Assembly (NCBI GenBank): GCA_965225945.1 | Contig: CBDDBZ010000033.1 | Coordinates: forward strand, 96,001 to 160,000 | DNA length: 64,000 nt | DNA from: Alphaproteobacteria bacterium | GTDB taxonomy: Bacteria > Pseudomonadota > Alphaproteobacteria > GCA-2731375 | Reading direction: 5' to 3' | In this document: one piece after another, positions 60,673 through 64,000 of the stretch | How the letters are laid out: every line of letters starts with the position of its first letter | How positions within the stretch are numbered: position 1 is the first letter of the stretch | Position numbers and translations under genes: made by a program | The notes under the pieces: generated by a model | What the model was told of the DNA's origin: nothing | The model's database searches: none | The model's input: only the letters and a program-made list of their open reading frames with translations

Positions 60673-61100
60673 CGCCGCGACCTCCGCCGCCCCAAAGGGC
60701 CGGACGTCTCCGTCTTGGCCTCCAGCAGTTCCACCTGCATGATCAACTCCCCGATCCGCTTCATGGCGATGTCCAGTTCCGCCTTTACCGGATCGCCCTT
60801 GCGTTCCTTGAGCGAGGCATCGATCCCGGCGATCGCCTTCTCACGCCACTGCTCGAGCCGGAAAATCTCCACGCCCAACTGCCGCGACAAAAGTTCCACC
60901 GGCTCGCCACGCAAAAGCCGCAGGGCAACCTCACGCTTGCGCGTCACCGTCCACCGCTGGCCAAGTCCCAGCGGGCCTGCCGGCGAAACCTGGCCCGGGG
61001 AAAACGTGGACGAGCCAAGCTCGCCCTCGTTTACCACAGGCCCATCAACAGCAACTTTGTTCTCAAAATTGTCGGTCATGTTCCGGTCCTCCTTGGACAC
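60669..61100 (-). CDS. HTH transposase subunit, OrfA-like
   Basis: RWTVTRKREVALRLLRGE...LSRQLGV plus coiled coil. ATGA overlap with orfB. Confidence 0.85.
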   Translation of the reverse strand: MSKEDRNMTDNFENKVAVDGPVVNEGELGSSTFSPGQVSPAGPLGLGQRWTVTRKREVALRLLRGEPVELLSRQLGVEIFRLEQWREKAIAGIDASLKERKGDPVKAELDIAMKRIGELIMQVELLEAKTETSGPLGRRRSRR

Positions 61101-62126
61101 TTCGATTAAGCCAATTCTGTGTCCAAGGAAATCGGGTCCGACTCAAAATTAGCCGGAGTCTCCTTCGGCACCTTCCATGCCCTGGTCATCGGCAACAACG
61201 AATATGCCCACCTGCCCGACCTGAAAACCGCGCGCGGCGACGCGCAAGCGGTGGCGAAATTGCTGGAGACGCGCTACGGCTTCAAGACAACGGTCCTCCT
61301 GAACGCGGATCGCTATGCGATATTGTCGACGTTGAACAAGCTTCGCGCCGAACTGAGCGAAGACGACAATCTGCTGATCTATTATGCCGGTCATGGTGAA
61401 CTCGACCGCGCCAACGATCGCGGTAATTGGCTGCCGGTCGACGCGGAACCCGACAGTACCGCCAATTGGATCTCGAACATTCAGATCACCGACGTGTTGA
61501 ATTCCATGCTGATCCGCCAAATCATGGTGGTGGCGGATTCCTGCTATTCCGGCACGCTCACCCGGGCGGCGCTGGCCCAGTTGGACGGGGGGGTCTCGGA
61601 CAAGGGTCGGGTGAAATGGATCAAGGTCATGGCGACGAAGCGGGCACGCGTCGTCCTCTCGTCGGGCGGGGTTCAGCCCGTGCTCGACAGTGGCGGAGGA
61701 AAACACTCGGTCTTCGCCAAGGCCTTCATCGAGGTTCTTCGGAGCAACGATTCGGTGTTGGAAGGCCAGCTCGTATACCGGCGTGTCGCGCAGCGGCTCG
61801 CGGATTCATCGGCGGCCCGCATCGGTCAGATTCCGAGCTATGCCCCCATCAAATACGCCGGGCACGAAGCCGGCGACTTCTTTTTCGTCCCCCGCGCCCA
61901 CGACTAGCGCGGCGCCCCCGGCCTTTGGCGGCCGCCGCCCCCGATTGAGCCGGCGGGTCGAAGCAGTGTGGTAAAAGTCCCCACGGTCTCCGAATATTTG
62001 CGCGAAGAGGCGTAGCGCGTTGAATTCCCCTAGTATTTCTGGGGCAACTTTGGTATCAAGCCTATCGTCGGAGTCGAAGCTATTGGCTTGATCGTCCGAC
62101 TTCTCGAATTCGTTTTGGAGGGGATT

Positions 62127-63589
62127 ATGTCCGAAGGTATCGCGCGTGACGGGGTTTCGGGCGCTCTCGCCGCCGATTGCAAGCCTGTGAACCCGATCGC
62201 CTCCATGGCGCCACGCTTTGAATTGAAAACCGCCCGAATTTCGAGATCCGCCTTAATCGCATCGTTGGTATTGTCATTTGTCGCCATTACGGCCGACCCG
62301 GCGGTCGCGCAGAGTCTCGCCAATCTGCCGGGGCAGACAGAGTTGCAAATTCGCACCGGTACCGCCATCACCACGGTTTGCGTAGCCCTGATTGGCTTGC
62401 GGACCGACCGCACCGGCCCCTCCGATACCGAAGACCTCTTCGCGCGTTGTGGAGACATGGTTCAGACCGCCAACGATATCCTCGGTGCCGGCGCAACGAC
62501 TTTCAGTCTCGGCTTGACCGCGGCGCAAACAAACGAGGCCCTGGTGGAAATCGCGCACGACGAGGCCGCGGCCTTCGGCGCCAACAGCACGGAAATCCGA
62601 AGCTCCCAGGCCAAGTCGATCGCCGGGCGATTGTCGGCCATACGGCGCGGCGCCACGGGCTTCAGCCTCGCCGGTCTTCACTTCGACGTGCCGGGCGAGG
62701 CGAGGCGCCGCGTCTCGCTCGCGGATATGATGGGGAGCGTCGATTCCGCCGGCGAAGCGGCCGGAAGCTCCGGGGAAAGCTGGTTCGCGGGGAGGCTCGG
62801 CGCCTTTCTCAGTGGTTCCCTCGGCACCGGCGACGCGGATGGATCGAGCGAGGAGGCCGGCTATGACGTCACACTCTTCTCCATCAGCGCCGGTCTCGAC
62901 TATCGTATCACGGACAGTTTCGTCGCCGGGGCCGCCATATGGTTACGGCAATAGCGATTCGAGCTTCGACGGCGGCGGCAACATGGATACCGACGCTTTC
63001 AATATCACTCTCTACGGAACTTATGGCATTACCGATGCGCTCTACGTCGAAGGTGCCTTCGGCTATACGCGAAGTGAATACGATATATCCAGGCGCATCG
63101 TCTATGGGGCGGCCATCAGGCCGGTCAACAGGACGGCCAGGGGAGATCCGTCGGGAGATCAGTTCCTGATCAGTTTCGGCGCCGGTTACGACTTCGCCGT
63201 CGGCGGATGGACGATCACTCCCAGGGCACGTATCGACTATCTCAATTCGAGCATCGACGGCTTTACGGAAAGCGGTGCGCGTGGATTGAACCTCCGCTAC
63301 CGCGGCCAGGACTACGAGTCGCTCGCCTCCGACGTCGGCGCGGACATTGCTTACGCGATTTCGACGGACTTCGGCGTCGTCGTTCCACAGGCGAGCTTGG
63401 CATGGATTCATGAATACATGGATGATTCCCAATCCCTCACGGTACAGTACGCCGCGGATCCGAATAACTTCACGTTTTCGGTGTTGACGGACAATCCGGA
63501 CCGAGATTATTTCGGGCTCGGTCTATCTCTTCTCGCGGTATTCCCCGGCGGCATCAACGGGTTCGTCAACTATTCGACCATCCTCGGAC
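62127..63589 (+). pseudogene. Autotransporter beta-barrel domain outer membrane protein, frameshifted and truncated
   Basis: Short passenger, then barrel strands (AGLDYRITD, GAGYDF, VVPQASLAWIHEY, PDRDYF). Frameshift near 62938, and the last strand is cut by the element at 63590. Confidence 0.85.
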
Positions 63590-64000
63590 CTTGCCTATCC
63601 GGTTATCACCCACACCCACTATATGTAGTGTGTCTCCTTGGACTGCAGGCAAGGGCCGGCGCAGGCGCATTGAGGAGGCGATCCGGCTAATTCTTGATTG
63701 TTCTGAAAACCGAACCGGAGTTTAATTCACGTCACGTACTTAACATCGGGGGACGGAACGGTGGCGACCAAGGGAAAAACGAAGAAACCCACGGCCAGAC
63801 GGGAAGCTGCTGATGAAACGACATCGTCTGAGCGATTGACGGCACTAGTCGAAGAAAGCGACGCGCTGGCACGAATCGTTGCGAAGAACCCGTCCGCGCC
63901 TGTTAGTCTCCTGCGCGTTTTGAGTCGCAGCGAAGACGAAGCGACACCCAAGAACGTGATCCTCAATCCGTTTACTTCATATGACGTATTGAGCGAACTT
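63590..64000 (+). mobile_element. Non-autonomous IS1595-derived cassette, copy 2 (runs off window)
   Basis: Begins with the same 43-bp end as 52494 and carries the LRV-like ORF. Confidence 0.85.
63761..64000 (+). CDS. Leucine-rich-repeat-variant/HEAT-like passenger protein (partial)
   Basis: GTG start, MATKGKTKKPTARREAADETTSSERLTALVEESDALARIVAKNPSAPVSLLRVLSRSEDEATPKNVILNPFTSYDVLSEL, with repeated VxxNPxxP-like units. Confidence 0.7.
   Translation, partial: MATKGKTKKPTARREAADETTSSERLTALVEESDALARIVAKNPSAPVSLLRVLSRSEDEATPKNVILNPFTSYDVLSEL

Larger units (their letters stand above)
59726..61145 (-). mobile_element. IS3/IS481-like two-ORF insertion sequence
   Basis: TG...CA ends with imperfect inverted repeats (core CCTTGGACACA) and a 14-bp direct repeat AAATTAGCCGGAGT at 59712-59725 and 61146-61159. 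Confidence 0.9.
58089..61907 (+). pseudogene. Secreted Sel1-repeat / coiled-coil / caspase-like (peptidase C14) protein split by an IS
   Basis: Signal peptide, Sel1 repeats (AQINLGSLYERGLGV), long coiled coil, then YYAGHG and ADSCYSG catalytic motifs. Removing the IS and one duplicated target restores SKKLAGV/SFGTF in frame. Confidence 0.88.

Noticed and set aside
1-64000. tRNA or rRNA genes
   Set aside because: No cloverleaf or rRNA-like segment recognised by eye. A tRNAscan/Infernal run would be needed to exclude them.

Overview
High-GC alphaproteobacterial (Rhodospirillales-like) chromosomal region that appears to span the replication terminus: a XerC/D dif site at 6364-6391 with a KOPS polarity switch. 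Housekeeping blocks are DEAD helicase, mazG, holC-pepA, surA-pdxA-rsmA, a peptide-type ABC transporter and a flagellar motE-fliM-fliL / flgF-G-A-H cluster. They are interspersed with catabolic enzymes and toxin-antitoxin genes. The region shows heavy erosion: IS1595 (one full and one truncated copy), IS630, IS110, IS4, an IS3/IS481-like element, an IS66 remnant, a MITE, many gene fragments and many short tandem duplications. Main highlights: (1) an IS110 element whose right-end non-coding region folds into a bridge/seek RNA with four guide segments readable against its own target and donor junctions; (2) a non-autonomous IS1595-derived cassette with 43-bp identical ends carrying a leucine-rich-variant repeat gene, present twice and disrupting fliL and an autotransporter; (3) a UxxC peroxiredoxin-like probable selenoprotein split by the ORF caller; (4) absence of lptF-lptG-lptD from their usual position between pepA and surA. 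All calls come from reading the sequence by eye; no database searches or folding programs were run.
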